DNA of 64,000 bases, taken from positions 318,270 to 382,269 of the forward strand of contig NW_005434640.1 of NCBI RefSeq assembly GCF_000315625.1, in the 5' to 3' direction. Of the stretch, positions 1 through 12,700 are shown piece after piece (the stretch's first letter is position 1; every line of letters starts with the position of its first letter). Source of the stretch: Guillardia theta CCMP2712 (Eukaryota; Protista; Cryptophyta). The notes below the pieces were generated by a model. It was given only the letters and a program-made list of their open reading frames with translations, was not told where the DNA came from and searched no databases. A program made the position numbers and the translations under genes.

Positions 1-10
1 TGACGAGTTC

Positions 11-559
11 ATGCGAAAGTCCAACACAGGCAGCTTGCTGCACCTTTGCTCTCCCCTTGTTCGAACTCACCTGCTTGTATGCGGGCGATCCGACGACGAG
101 CATCGGCTGGAGGAGCTTCTTGAAGCAAGGAAGGGGAAAGCGTGTGTGGTCTACCCATCGGACGACGCTACCCCCGTAGAGAGCTTTCTCGAGCAGCAGC
201 ATGACACGGCTGGAGCGTCGGGAATGACTTTCATCTTGCTGGAGGGGACGTGGAGGCAGGCGAGGAAGATGGAGAAGCGGGTGCGGAGCGATATCCCACG
301 AGTTGCTATCCCCCCGATGGAGGGAGGGGCCGACGGCCGCATGAACACGATCATGGCGTTCGGCGAGGTTGTTCTCAAGATGCCGATGGGGACGGAGGTG
401 AAGAAGAGCTTGTTGAAGCGCATGGACCAGCTGATGAAAGCGAAGCAAGATGCTCTCTTCGAAATCCACGGACGTCACGGGACCAATACGGAGAACAGTA
501 GGAGGAGGAGATTCCCTCAGGAGCGAGACGCGGCGTACAGCAAGTGGGAGCTCCTCTGA
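11..559 (+). CDS. DTW-domain protein (TapT/DTWD2-like tRNA-uridine aminocarboxypropyltransferase), probably 5'-partial
   Basis: RKSNTGSLL, VVYPSDDA and FILLEGTWRQARKM match the DTW family (canonical DGTW appears as EGTW). The frame is open to the window edge. Confidence 0.75.
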   Translation: MRKSNTGSLLHLCSPLVRTHLLVCGRSDDEHRLEELLEARKGKACVVYPSDDATPVESFLEQQHDTAGASGMTFILLEGTWRQARKMEKRVRSDIPRVAIPPMEGGADGRMNTIMAFGEVVLKMPMGTEVKKSLLKRMDQLMKAKQDALFEIHGRHGTNTENSRRRRFPQERDAAYSKWELL

Positions 560-695
560 CAGGCACATTCAGAGCTATTGTCCGTTGAGCAAGCTTTACG
601 ATCTCGTTTCCTATCCACAGGCTAATCCACAATGTTCCATATCAGTCTTCTCATCTCCTAGAGCATCAGAGCCTCATGCTCATGCGCTGGACTTG

Positions 696-2256
696 TCAGG
701 TCGAGCTGCTCTCGATGCGGTTCCTTGCCTGTGGCATCATCCTGTCTCTTGTAAACTCTTCCTGTGCAAATTTGACGATCGTCTCTGCCAGTACCTGAAC
801 CTGCTCAGTCAGCTCCAGCGCCTTTGCCCGCGACATGGTCTCGAGGTCTTTCAGCGCCTCGTCCATGGGCTCAGCGCTCCCGTTGTAGAGATTCTCCAAG
901 GAAGGCGTGTTGGGCGTGATGTGCGTGCCTGGCAGTCTCTTCAGGTCCAGCCTCCCCCCGATGCCGGTCGTGGGAGAGGTGAACTTGTCTCTCAAGGCCT
1001 CGCACAACAGGATGCTCTGGTCAATGTCGTCGCTGAGGAATTTCACGGCAAGGTTGCGAGAAACGCTGTACTCGTCCTTCAGCAGCCTCATGGTGTCTTC
1101 TGGTGAGGGACTGGAGAGAAGGAGGAGGAAGAGGAGGAGGAGGAGGAGGAGGAGGAGAGCCAAGTAAGGGCAAGCGCGTCAGCTGGGAGAGCAAGGAGAG
1201 GGGAGAGGCTCACCTGAACTCATCTAGGGGTTCTTGGTTGTTCGCTGCGTAATTCTTTCCCGTCTCCGACAACATCTCGATGAAGGAGAAAACTTTGCTT
1301 GCACTCTCGCTTCCGAACACATCCTTGAGCTGGCTGTTGGTCTTCATGGAGTTAGCAAACGCCGAGATCGACTCGAGGACAGGAGCAGCCGCAGCCAGCC
1401 CTTTGGACATCTCGCTCTGAAGCTTGCTGAGCTCAGAGAGGATAGGGATGCTCTTCTTGGCATCATAGTTGTTGAAGGCGATGTGTACGTTGGCTGCTCT
1501 CACCCTCCCGATGATCTTCTTGGTGTCCTCGATCGAGTTGATCAGCAGGTGCACCTTACAACCCAACGAGTGCCCCATCCCGATAGTAGGCAGCTCCGCA
1601 GGATCGAACATGTCGCTGCCGAGCTCGCCCTGCAGGGCCTTTGCTGCTCCCGCAAACTTGTATGCTGCCTCGAAGGCGGCCTTGTAGTGATCCATTCCCG
1701 TCAGCCCCGCGCATGGCGTCGCGATGACTATCATTCTTTCCTGACTCACCATCTCTTCCACAAACAGCGAGTACGCTTGCTTCGGCGCCGCTCCGACGAA
1801 CACGCCTCCGATGAAATGGACTATTCCCGCGAACCTGACGCCGTCTATTGGCTTCCTTAGATCCTTGGGCAAGCAGATATCACACCCTGCTAACTTCATC
1901 CACTGCACTTCGTTGCTTCCCGATCGCCTCCTCCCCTGCGACCTCGCCTCCACCTCCACCTCCTTCTCCCCCTCTCCCCTCTTGCTCCCTTCCGTGCCGC
2001 TCACCCTCGCATTCGATTTGCCGAACTTCTCCCACTTGTCGCTATCGTACCAGTCGTCCTCGTTGGTCACCGAGACCTGCATCCTCGTTGCTAGTCCACG
2101 TCGCAGAGAGGATCTGACAGGTAAGCTGGAGATGCAGACAGCCTTTCTCGCTCTGCCCTGAGCATGCGGGCTGCACAGATTCTTGCTGCAAATGAAAGAC
2201 TCCCCCGTGTGCCCAATCGACAGCAGGACAAAAAGACACAGTGACCCTGCAAGCAT
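696..2256 (-). CDS. DUF1350 alpha/beta-hydrolase with bipartite plastid-targeting presequence; exons 1214-2256 and 696-1110
   Basis: IVHFIGGVFVGAAP..Y and GMGHSLGCKVHLLI motifs. The GT-AG intron 1111-1213 restores EFSPSPEDT. Signal peptide ends GES-F, followed by a Ser/Arg-rich transit peptide. Confidence 0.8.
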
Positions 2257-2496
2257 AAGTGAACATGGAGGTGTATAGTGAGAAAACGAATGAATCTGTC
2301 CGTGGCATTTCTGTGCACAATCCTACTTCTAGAGTTATCCTCGCCTACAAGCCTCTGTATCTGCAAACATCATCTTGTACCTGCATTATTGCCCCATCTT
2401 GCCATAATCTTGTTTTTACATGACTCTCTGCTTCGATTCGCACATTCCTTTGACCTTGCTACGGTATGAAGTTATCATTTTCCCCTGTCCCTTCCT

Positions 2497-2638
2497 CCCT
2501 CTCCCTCCCCTCTCCTCTCCTCTCCTCTCCTCTCTCTTCACTTCTCTTCTCTTCTCTCTTCTCTCCTCTTCTTCTCCTCTCTCTTCTCTTCTCTTCTCTT
2601 CTCTCTTCTCTCCTCTTCTTCTCCTCCCTCTCTCTCTC
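2497..2638. repeat. CT-rich microsatellite (CTCTC/CTCTT)n
   Basis: Directly visible pyrimidine pentamer repeats. Confidence 0.9.
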
Positions 2639-3141
2639 GCGTCTTCACCACAACTTGCAACTCACCAGGAACCAGCTTTGCCATGAATTCGCTTCCTACT
2701 GGTGAGGGGTAAGGGGTCCAACAAGGAGGGTGAGGGATGGGGTTATAGGGGACATGGGGCACTTCTGGTCTACATAAGGTAGGTAATCACAGTCAATTAA
2801 GTGTATTTTGGGGGGTAGGGTAGTAGAAAGTACGGGTGTAATGAACACAGTAGGGGTGATTACGTAATGCGGGGGGTTGGGGGTCCCTTCCAGTTCCTTT
2901 GAGGGGACAGCCTGTTTTTACGAGAGTGTTTGAGATTGAAATGTGCCTCTAATATTCCAAAATTAAATAACATTTGTTTCAACATAAGTGAAATTTGTTG
3001 TCATTCGAGCTCGCCTCATTAAAAGTCTATTATCTTTGGAAGGGCAGCAAAGTTTTGAACTCTCATCCTCTTTATAGGGCGGTTGTTAAAAAATCTAATA
3101 CCCCATCCAACCGCCCCCATCCCCGCCTGCCACATCCTCAT

Positions 3142-3293
3142 CCAGCATCAGCAGCAGCATCAGCAGCAGATCAGCATCAGCAGCAGATCAGCATCAGCAG
3201 CAGCATCCAGAGCATCAGCAGCATCAGCAGCATCAGAAGCATCAGAAGCATCAGCAGCATCAGCAGCATCAGCAGCATCAGCAGCATCAGCAT
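3142..3293. repeat. (CAGCAGCAT)n-type tandem repeat upstream of the pyrophosphatase gene
   Basis: Visible 9-mer/trinucleotide repeat. Confidence 0.9.
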
Positions 3294-3402
3294 CTCCTGT
3301 CCTGGCTCCCGTCCCCGTGACCTCCATCTATCCTGAGCTCTATCCTCCGCTACCGCCATCTTTTCTCCTCCTCCTTCCTTCTGCTTCTAGGCTACCAGGA
3401 TA

Positions 3403-4636
3403 ATGGTTGGGAGCTCCAACTCTTTCACTCAGTTCTACTTGGGCGTGCTTGTTGGTGTGTTGGCTGCCACGAGCTTCTCCTACGTCAATCGTGCTGGAGG
3501 AGGAGGAGCTTCCACCACAATCGCGCTGCAAGATCGAGCATGGCCGGTGAATGCTGAAGATGGAACGGTCGACATGATGTTTCCTTCTGATGCTGTCTGT
3601 GTGGGCCACCTCTCTCCTGACCTGGACTCGGTCGCCGCATCCATAGCAGCATGCGAGCTGTATGGAGGAACTCCGGCAGCAACAGGGGCGTTCAACTCTG
3701 AGACGAGGTTTGCCTTGAAGCACTGGGGGGTCCAGGGCCCACAAGCGCTGGAGGACCTGAGGAGGGATGAAGCAGGAGGACGAGGGATGAAGTTCCTGCT
3801 AATCGACTTCCAACAGACGACTCAACTTCATCCCTCCATCGCCCACCATGAGGTGGTTGGCGTGATCGACCACCATGCTCTTCAGTCCCAGACGGTAGTC
3901 ACGTCGAAAGCCATTCCGGTGCAGATCAAACCGTGGGGGAGCGCGGTGAGCTGTGTATGGGGTGTGCTGGTGTGTGCCTGACAGTGAGTGCTTTCAGAGT
4001 GCGATCGTTGCCTTTGAGTTCTTCTCCAAGAAGCTGCAGCCCAAGAGGTCTACCATGGGCCTGATGCTCTCAGCCATCCTGTCGGACACCCTGAACCTCC
4101 GATCGCCAACCACGACCTCCTGGGACAGGAAGATGGCTCACAGGCTCGCGGAGGAGACAGGGTACCAGAGCCTCGACGAGCTTGCGAGCCTGCAGTTCAA
4201 GGCCAAGTCGGAAGAGCTTGCAGCGATGGACCCGGAGGATCTCATAGCCAACGATCTCAAAGTGTTCGAACTTGATGGAAAGAGCTTCCAAGGGAAGCTG
4301 GCGATCTCGGTGATCGAGACGACAGATACCGAGCCAGTCCTCGCACGTGTTGAGTCCCTGAGAAGCACGATGGCGAAGATGAAAGCGCATAAGAAGGTGG
4401 AGATCATGCTGGTGTTTGTTGTAGATATTGTGCGGTTGAAGTCTGTCGCCATCGTACTTGGGGATGACGAGAGGAGTCTTGTGATGGCCTCGTTCTCCGG
4501 AGCAAAGGAGAAGACAAGCCAGCTTATTGACATCGGGCCTAGAGTATCAAGAAAGTCGGACATGGTGCCACCTATCACAAAGGCAATCGTTGATGATGAA
4601 TGGAGCTCTCATCGAAGTTCGCATAGAGAACTTTGA
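3403..4636 (+). CDS. ppaC: Family II (Mn-dependent, DHH/DHHA2) inorganic pyrophosphatase with N-terminal hydrophobic anchor; exons 3403-3945 and 3998-4636
   Basis: VGHLSPDLDSVAASIA, NSETRFAL, VIDHH, ILSDTLNLRSPTTT and SRKSDMVP motifs. A phase-0 GT-AG intron at 3946-3997 joins PWGSA to SAIVA. Confidence 0.88.
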
Positions 4637-4903
4637 GAGGCCAAAAGTTCGAGTTCTGTATATTTTTTGTAAAGCGACAAGCAAAACTGTCGAATGCCCC
4701 CCGATCTCTATGAGATCACAATGGAGAATCAGCTTCGATTGTTTAGTTGCTCGGTCAATTCACTTCGCCGACAAGGACACGGCTTTGGTGGATCAATTGT
4801 GATACCTGTAAGATGAGGTCAACCAATGAGGTCATCTAACCACATCAAGCGGCGGCACACCTGCCACTTGATCCTCTCAGTGTTCATCTCGCGGTTGGGT
4901 CGT

Positions 4904-5630
4904 TCAGTCGCCGTGATCTTGATCATCTTTTTCTTCGGATTGTAACGTGGTCCCGCCTATCCAGCAGGGGTTAGTGCTGAGCTTGTTTGAGGCATCCAGT
5001 ACCATCTCTATGAGTTTCTTGACTGCTGCATCGCTGAGCCCAAGTTTGAAGGGGAAGATCTCTGCGATAACCTGTGGTCGACAAACGAAAAGTGAAAAGG
5101 AGAAAACAATGCGAGGAGTCACAGCTTGAAACAACTTTACCTTCCTGCTCAAAAACTCAGCAGTTTTTTCGTTTCCAACATAGTTCGCATATTGCTTGGT
5201 TGTTATATAGATTGCTTTGTCTGGAAAATCCCAGTGTTGCCATTGCCGCGTGCTGGACCCACATAAGAGAAGAAAAAAAAGAAACAGCAACGAAGGTTTA
5301 GCAACAAGGGCATCCGACGGCAAAGCAAGGGAGCATCTTACATCAGCTTCGGCATCTTAATTTCCAATTCAGCCCTTTCGATCACCTGATCCAAAGTTTG
5401 ATCAGTGCCAAGCACACAGGTCAGTGTCGCTTCAATCGTCCTCACTTCTTGCAGCTCCGGGTTCATGTGTCGTGCGAGCTTGTTATAATCATACTGTGTC
5501 ACAATGCGCGGGAAGACGTTGTTGCCGAAAGATCTGTCATCACAAGATCTCTGAATGAAGCGACGCTGCAGATCCATGTTGGATCTGAAAGCTCTGCAGG
5601 ACGTCGCAGTAGCTCTGAGAACATTCTGAA
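4904..5630 (-). CDS. Hypothetical multi-exon protein (5' end uncertain)
   Basis: Coding-like segments (MDLQRRFIQ...NPELQE, VIERAELEIKMPKL, WQHWDFPDKAIY, VIAEIFPFKLG) separated by short GT-AG introns. No family recognised. Confidence 0.45.
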
Positions 5631-6416
5631 GCTGTTACCACATGTCATTTCAAAGTCTCTCCACGCTAGATGAAGGAGGAGAAAGAAAAGAAAGGGGAGG
5701 GAGATTTGGAAGGGAATAGAAGAAAACAACAAGCCATGCCATATCAATTCCTTTGGTTCGATATAGAAAGAACACGTACAGAGGAAAGGAGGAGAGGAGA
5801 GGAGCAAGTTGGAAGGGTTCAAGTCTGTCACAGGTCAACATCGAGATACCGAGAGGGGGAAACAACATTTCTGGCTACCACGTATCTTTTTCTTCCACCT
5901 CATTCCTTCCTAGCCCCCTCCTTTCCCTCCCTTACCCCCTCCTCCCAGCATCCTCCTTACACCAACCTGCTGCATGTCGCTGCTGCTTCTGTCTTCAAGC
6001 CACTTACAGGAACTTCTCGAGAGTTGGTAGAACTTTTCGAGTAAATTGAACTTTATCGCAGCCCGGACCGTGCTCGGAGTGACTGGGTCCGGCCCGGCGC
6101 CGGGCGGCCCGCGGTCAAACTCATACCGTACAAAAAAACTCAATAAGTCAAGATCGCCGAGTCAAATTTATCCGAATGCTAATCGACCTCAAAAATCCTC
6201 GACCACGTGTCACAGCAACTCCCTTGAAAACAATTTGCCATTATAACAGTGACTTGCTCAGAGTCTCAGTGATCGGACCGTCTACTCTGTGACCATCTGG
6301 GCCCTCTCCCTTCAAGGCTCCCTCTCCCTCTCCCTCTCCCTCTCTATCTCCCTCTCCCTTCAAGGCTCCCTCTCCCTCTCCCTCTCCCTCTCCCTCTCCC
6401 TGGAAGAAAGAAGACC

Positions 6417-6516
6417 NNNNNNNNNNNNNNNNNNNNNNNNNNNNNNNNNNNNNNNNNNNNNNNNNNNNNNNNNNNNNNNNNNNNNNNNNNNNNNNNNNNN
6501 NNNNNNNNNNNNNNNN
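6417..6516. other. Assembly gap (100 N) flanked by (CCCTCT)n repeats
   Basis: Run of N. Confidence 0.98.
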
Positions 6517-6769
6517 CCTCCCTCTCCCTCAGGCTTACTCTTCCTCAACGGTTCCTCTGCCTCTGCGCCTCTTACAGGCTCTTCCTCTGCCTCTTCCTCT
6601 GCCTCTGCCTCTCCCTCTCCGAGGCCCTCTCCCTCTTCCGACTTCAGACGACGGTCAAGAGTTGTTGCCTCAGCACACTGAGGAATTCAGTCACGGATAC
6701 AGCATTCTCTTCAAGGTATTCTCAGACGCAGGATCACTCAGCACCGGCCTTGAAGAGCAATGAGTAGCT

Positions 6770-8570
6770 ATGCTGCTCAAGCAACACTCTACTGATGTTG
6801 TGGCAAACGTGGATGAGTCGTCAACCCCTCAAGCTCCAGCACTCGTCCAGAAGGACGGCTGGGATTTCTTTCCCTACTACTTCTGTGCCGAAACTAGGCC
6901 GGAGACGAGGAAGAGAGGTGGGAGAGAGGAGGCTGGAACGCGGCTCTGCACCTTGCGGCATCCGCAGCAGTCGCTGGAGGAGCAGCAGCAGGTAGATGTC
7001 ATCCGGAGAGCTGAAGGCGACTACGTCTGTGTTCACTCCCTCTGCACTTTCATCAATGCAGGGGAATCGACTTCGCTCGCCCTTCGAAACTTGTACATGC
7101 AGGGGATCAGCAACTTTGTCAGGGCCATCCCTGGTTCTGTCGTGAGGCTGTCGGAGCTTCATCTATGCCTGAAAGCTCTGGTACGGGCCCTAGATAGAAA
7201 TTTGCAAGACATGGAGGAGGAGGCCGAGGATCTGCCCTCTGCTTCTCAACTCGAACATGTCAAGTCCTTCCATAGACGGGCAAAGGCTCTCGATGACTTG
7301 TGGGACTCCCTGGTGGTCAGAGGAGACACTTCGGTAGCGACGAGTGCTGTAAGTCAACGAGCAGGTTCTTTCAGTGTGATCCGACATTGCTGTCTGGCAG
7401 GTACCGTCGATGCTCCCAACAACTTCCACAGCAGCTGGGGGTGATTTTCCTCCAGCAGACGAAGGAGATGAGGAGGAGGAGATGTGCTTCCTGGACTCTT
7501 CGAGCTCGGATCCAGAGCCCCAGGACGATGCTGCTGCTGGGGGAGACCTTGTACCGACAGGGTTGAAGTTCCTCGATGGATACGAAAGGAGCTCGTCCGC
7601 AAACGAGATTTCACGGATGATATTGAAGTCGCCGCAAGGACATGGTTGTAACCAAGTCTCATGCGTTGTGATCTCACAACGAGTGTTCGTGCCCGTCGAC
7701 TCCTTCATCGACTTCGTCTCAGACAACGTGGAGCCTTGCCGGAACGAACTGATGGAGCTGATCAAGACAAGTCGTTTTCTTGAAACTGTCATCATAAGCG
7801 GAGCTAGCACTGCCGTGATTGCAGCTGAGAACTTGCACAAGGCACTAAAAGATGTGATTCAGGGGATATGGAAGAGATTCGAGGAACACAGACAAGTGAT
7901 TCAGCTCAACGAGCACTGGGATCGTTGTGCTTTGGAAAGAGAGCAGCTTAGTGTCGACGACGCTGTTGACACGTGTGAGAAGCCTAGCAGCAATGACTCC
8001 TCGATTGACCGCCTCCTCCTGAACAAGGGCTGTTTGATTGAAAGTGATAGCCACAGCCCAGAAATAAGCTCGAGAGCTTCAGAGATCAGCGTCCAAGATG
8101 ACGGGAGGACCCGAAGCTCCAAGTTGAGCATCGAACAAGGACGACATGACTCAGGCGTGAGCATGCTGAGCGATACCTGCGAGTCAGAGTCGGGGGAAGG
8201 GGGGCTGTTTCGGGGAAGGAGTTTCTTTCCTGTGGCTGGCGTATGGAGTAGAGTGAGCACACTGGAGCAACGAGTAGAGGAGCAGCACGCGAGGATCAGC
8301 AAGTTGGAACGGAAGGTCACGAGAGAAGCGCGAGAGAGCTCGGACAGTGTGGAGCAGGATCCACTCCAGGAGAGGGCAGTGACGAGGAGACGAAGGGAAC
8401 ACTCCTTGACCTCTGAGACGCCATGGCAAGGAGGAGAAGCTGGTAGCGCTACCGACCAGAGCCTGCTCCAGCACCAGTTGCAGGAACGTCAAGCCTTCCG
8501 ACCATCCTCTTACCTCTCGACCAGCATGTCAAACGCTCTCCATGCGTTACCACGGAGTGAGTTGGGATGA
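6770..8570 (+). CDS. Hypothetical protein with C-terminal coiled coil; exons 6770-7348 and 7401-8570
   Basis: A 52-nt GTAAGT..GGCAG intron (7349-7400) joins the 224-aa and 386-aa ORFs in frame. Confidence 0.6.
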
Positions 8571-8876
8571 AGTCAGGTGTCAGCTAGTTCCCATGACACT
8601 AACATTCATGGCAGGTATCGGGGTTCCACAACCTGGGCTATCAAGCCCGTCGGGGCAACGAGAGACGGGTTTCAGATACTTCGGATCTGGGAGATTCTCG
8701 ATCTTCTTAGACGAGTTTGACCGCAGTTGAAAGGAGATGAGTTGAGCTACGAAGATCGAACATGAAATCTGTTTGCTACCACGAATGGGTCGAAGGCCGT
8801 ACGACCCCCCTGTGTTAGGACACAAAGACCAGATGCATGCCAAGCCCACTCATCAACTCTATTGTGATCCTCCCCT

Positions 8877-8971
8877 CCCCTCTCCTCTCCTCTCCTCTCC
8901 TCTCCTCTCCTCTCCTCTCCTCTCCTCTCCTCTCCTCTCCTCTCCTCTCCTCTCCTCTCCTCTCCTCTCCT
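8877..8971. repeat. (CTCTC)n pentanucleotide microsatellite
   Basis: Perfect tandem repeat. Confidence 0.95.
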
Positions 8972-9775
8972 CGCCTTGATTAGTCCTCTGGGTAAGCCTG
9001 TTAGCTGGTTTTCGCGGGAAATTTCTGAGGGTCGTGGCCAAGGGGAAGGGGAGGGTCCACAAGTATAGGGGAGAGGAGGGGTCACAATCCCACAAAGTTG
9101 TCTCTAGAGACGGGTGGGGTCATCAGATATGTTATCAATCAGGGGGTAGGGGTAAGGACTCTTACATTCTAAGGTACTGATTGGAGGGGGTGTTGGTGCA
9201 CAGAACACGGTACGGGTAGTCATTAGGAAAAATAAGGGTGGGGGTTAAGAGGACAGACGGGGGTGGGGTGGGAAAGGAGTGAGCTGTTGGGAAATGGGGG
9301 ACGACACCATATTGGCTAGAGGGGTAGGGGTAGTAGACACACTTTGTACCGAGGGGGTAAGGTGGTCTCGAAAAGGTAAAACCCCGTCTGGAGGGGTGTT
9401 TTGAAGGGATTTTTTTCCTGGAGGTAGCATGGGTGGGTTCGCTTCAGGGGGTGGGGGTTGTCAGGAGCTCCGGTAGTTGTGGGTACTTGAGGTGGAAGGT
9501 GGGGTGGGCAGAGGGAGGTACAACTCTGCAGAAAATGTCCGGGAGGGTGCGAGAATGGAGGGAGGGAAGGAGGGAGGGAAGGAGGGAGGGAGGGAGGGAG
9601 GAAGTCAGGAAGGCAGAAGCAAGAGAGGAAGAGGGGACCAGGGTTGAGAACTAGGGACAAAGGAGTAGGAAGAAGGAAAAGAACAAGGAAAGGAAAAGAG
9701 GAGCTGGGGAGGGGGCTGGAAGACAAAGTGGGTTGTGTAATGCTCACTTTGAGATTCTTTCGCGCAGGACAGGAG

Positions 9776-12700
9776 ATGGTTACGAGTCCGACCATGCAGG
9801 AGCCAAACTCCACCCTCCACTCTCCGCGTTACAGCGACTTCATCCGCGAGCCCTCTTTCGCCAGCTCGATGGGCTCTGTCAGCTGCCTTGAGAGGTCAAT
9901 CCTGTTGAAGATGGCGAACCTTGTGAGATGCAAGCTTGCGATCGAAGCGTTTCCGAGGAAGAACGCCTCCACCCTGTACGAGATCTCTCTTTTCTCTGAG
10001 GATGGGAAGTGCATCGCAAAGGTTGGGAAGGCGAGAATGAGTCAGGGTGATGACTGACAAGGCTGAAGGTCAAGAAATCTTACAAGGAGTTTCAGAAGCT
10101 CGAGAGGTGATGAGCAGAGGTTTCACGTGTCAGTGTTGTCTACTCACGTGTAGGAAAAGGCTCCTGTGTGAAAAGTACTTCTACCTTCCTTCCAAGATCA
10201 AGGTTTGCGACCCGCCTTCCTTCGCACCCCACCCTTGATGCCGCTACCTTCTCCTCAGAACAAAACCCCTATGGTGAAATCGTCCAAGAGGCAAATTGTT
10301 GAGAAGAACAAGCAGCTTATCATGTCCTTCATCTCGTACACAGATCTCCCTGTCCTCTCCCCCCGTGCAGGCTGATGGAAATCCTTGTAGGACGCTGATC
10401 AGCAAGGAGCTACTCGTCACGGACGCGGATATACAGCATTTCCTCTCCCTCCCTGGCAATCAAACCCAACCTTCTTGCAAGTTCTCGGAGATCGTTCCCT
10501 CCTTGAAGCTCGTGAGTCGCGGTCTTCCTTGACCTCCCCCCCCGCAGTGACGGCTGGAACATGTCAGGCGCTGGAGCATGAGAAGGTCGCGGCAGAGGCG
10601 GCAAGGAGGGATGTGAGTGGTGTATGCTGCATGATGCTGTTACTCTCATCTCAGAACAGTAGCTTCCATCCTTGTCGTGTGTTTGTTCGTGATGACACCA
10701 GTGACAAGACGAACAATCAGTGCAGAGTTGATCATTTCATGTTCATCACTGCTTCCCCTCTCATCTCCCTGCTGTTCCTCTCTCATCCCCTCTTCGTCTT
10801 TCTCCCTCTCGTCTCTGAACGGCCGACAGGCACAGCAGGAGAGGCTGCGATGGGAGCAGCAGTCGCAAGATCTAGAGGAGATGAGGATGCACAGCCATGT
10901 CGCCAAGCACATCTCAGAGGTGAAGGAAGAGAAGGAGGAGTTGGGCTGGAGGACGGGAGAGTGAAACCTTCGCTTGCTGCGTTTCCAGGAGATTATGCTG
11001 GAGCTTGAGAGAATCAAGATCGAGGTTGTTGAGATCGCAAGTCACTTGTCCATGGATCTGCAGGTAGAGACGGGAGGTGCTGGGACGAAACGATTTCCTG
11101 CTCCCATACTCCGGCATCTTTGATGTTTCCTCTCCCCATCCTCTTCCTCCTCTCCCTCCTTTCCTTCTCGCCACAGAATCTGCTCTCTGCTCTACTCAAC
11201 TAATCCGTTTTATCCAACCGAACCCACTTCCGTGTTCTCCTGCATCCCTGCTCTGCTCCTCCCCGTTCCCCATCCCTTCTCTCCTGTCACAGTTCCCCTC
11301 TCCACCCTTCCTGATTCGATCTGGAAGGATCTCGAAAAGAAGCGATCGCAGCAACACACGTTCTTTCAAAGGAAAGCAGTAAGTGTGCTCCTCTCTCCCT
11401 CTTACCCTCCTCTCTTGATCCCCTCCCTTCCTCCCATCTCCCCTCCTTCGCTCCTCCTCCTCCTTTTGTCCTCATCTACTCCTCCTCTTTGTCTACCTTG
11501 TGCTCCGCCCACTGACCGCCTTCGGCTCGATAGGAGGAGGAACTCGGAGGCAACTCGGATCTTGACTCCTCATCCTCCCGGACCGGCTCGACGACGGCAA
11601 GTCTTCTCCTGCCCTGCCATGACGCAAAGTTGATTCTGCTCTGATCCGCAGGTGAGAGAGGCGGCGGAGGAACCCGACGGCCTTTTCGACTTGGGCATCT
11701 CTCCTATCAGGTGAGATTCCTTACAAGTGAGTTTCAAGTCAGAGTGAACGGTCGATGTAGAGTGCCAACAGACGAGTCCTTACACCAACAGAACCAGGTT
11801 CTCTCCCTCCTTCCTCCTCCTCCTTCTCCTCCACCTCTCTTCCACGCTAGTCCCCTTCTGCTACCCCGTCCCCTCTCGTCCTCGACGGCCTTCTATCCTC
11901 TATTCCCCACAAGAGGCCCTCTCTCCTCTCTCCTCTCTCCTCTCTCCTCTCTCCTCTCTCCTCTCTCCTCTCTCCTCTCCTGTCTCACATGGAAGTAATC
12001 AGGAGCTTCGTCACGTCGTCTCAAACTTGCGCACAGATATCGAGCTCCTGTCTCACGTACGCTATGACCCGCCATCCTTTCCTCTCCCCTACAGTCCTCC
12101 TCTACTCTCCTCTCCTCTACTCTCCTCTCCTCTCCTCTCCTCTCCTCTCCTCTCCTCTCCTCTCCTCCCCTCCCCTCCCCTCTCCTCCTGCTGCACTCTC
12201 ATCCATCCGGCCTGCAGAGGATAGCAGATCAGAGCAGGGAGATCATGGAGCTGGAAGAGAAGGTCCGATCGGAGGTAGGAGGAAGCGACAGCGACTCGAG
12301 GACGGTAAGAGCTCTTCCTGCCGCTCCCTCCTCTCACCCGCCCCTCCAGTCTTCCTGCGACCATGAAAGTTGGGACGACCCGATGGAGACGCAGGAAAGG
12401 AAATCTCATCTCGTTTGAGCTTTCAGTGCAAGTCCTCCGTTTGTCTTCCTTTGCAATCTCCATTGTCCTCCTCTCTTCCCCCTCCCGTCCTCCCTCCTCC
12501 CTCCTCCTCCTCTTCCCGCCCTCTGCCCGCCTGTCTTCCTCCTCCTCCTCCTCCTCCATTCTCTCAAATCTTCAACTTCATTGTCTTGTCTTTACCATGT
12601 CTTCTAGTCTTCCATACATATCTTTGTCTTTGCTCGTCTCAAAACATCTTGGAATTCTTATCTGCAGTACAACAGATTTTCCACAATGAGGATGAATTCT

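Noticed and set aside
1234-1860. Long antisense ORFs opposite real genes (also 450-1106, 40245-40856, 59614-60207)
   Set aside because: Shadow ORFs caused by GC-rich codon usage on the coding strand.
2995-3403. Poly-Q/poly-SA/poly-LM ORFs
   Set aside because: Open frames arise from the stop-free CAGCAGCAT repeat; no coding signature.
8747-9095. EERRG / SSPLL repeat ORFs (also near 2500, 12100 and 27500)
   Set aside because: Translations of (CTCTC)n microsatellites.
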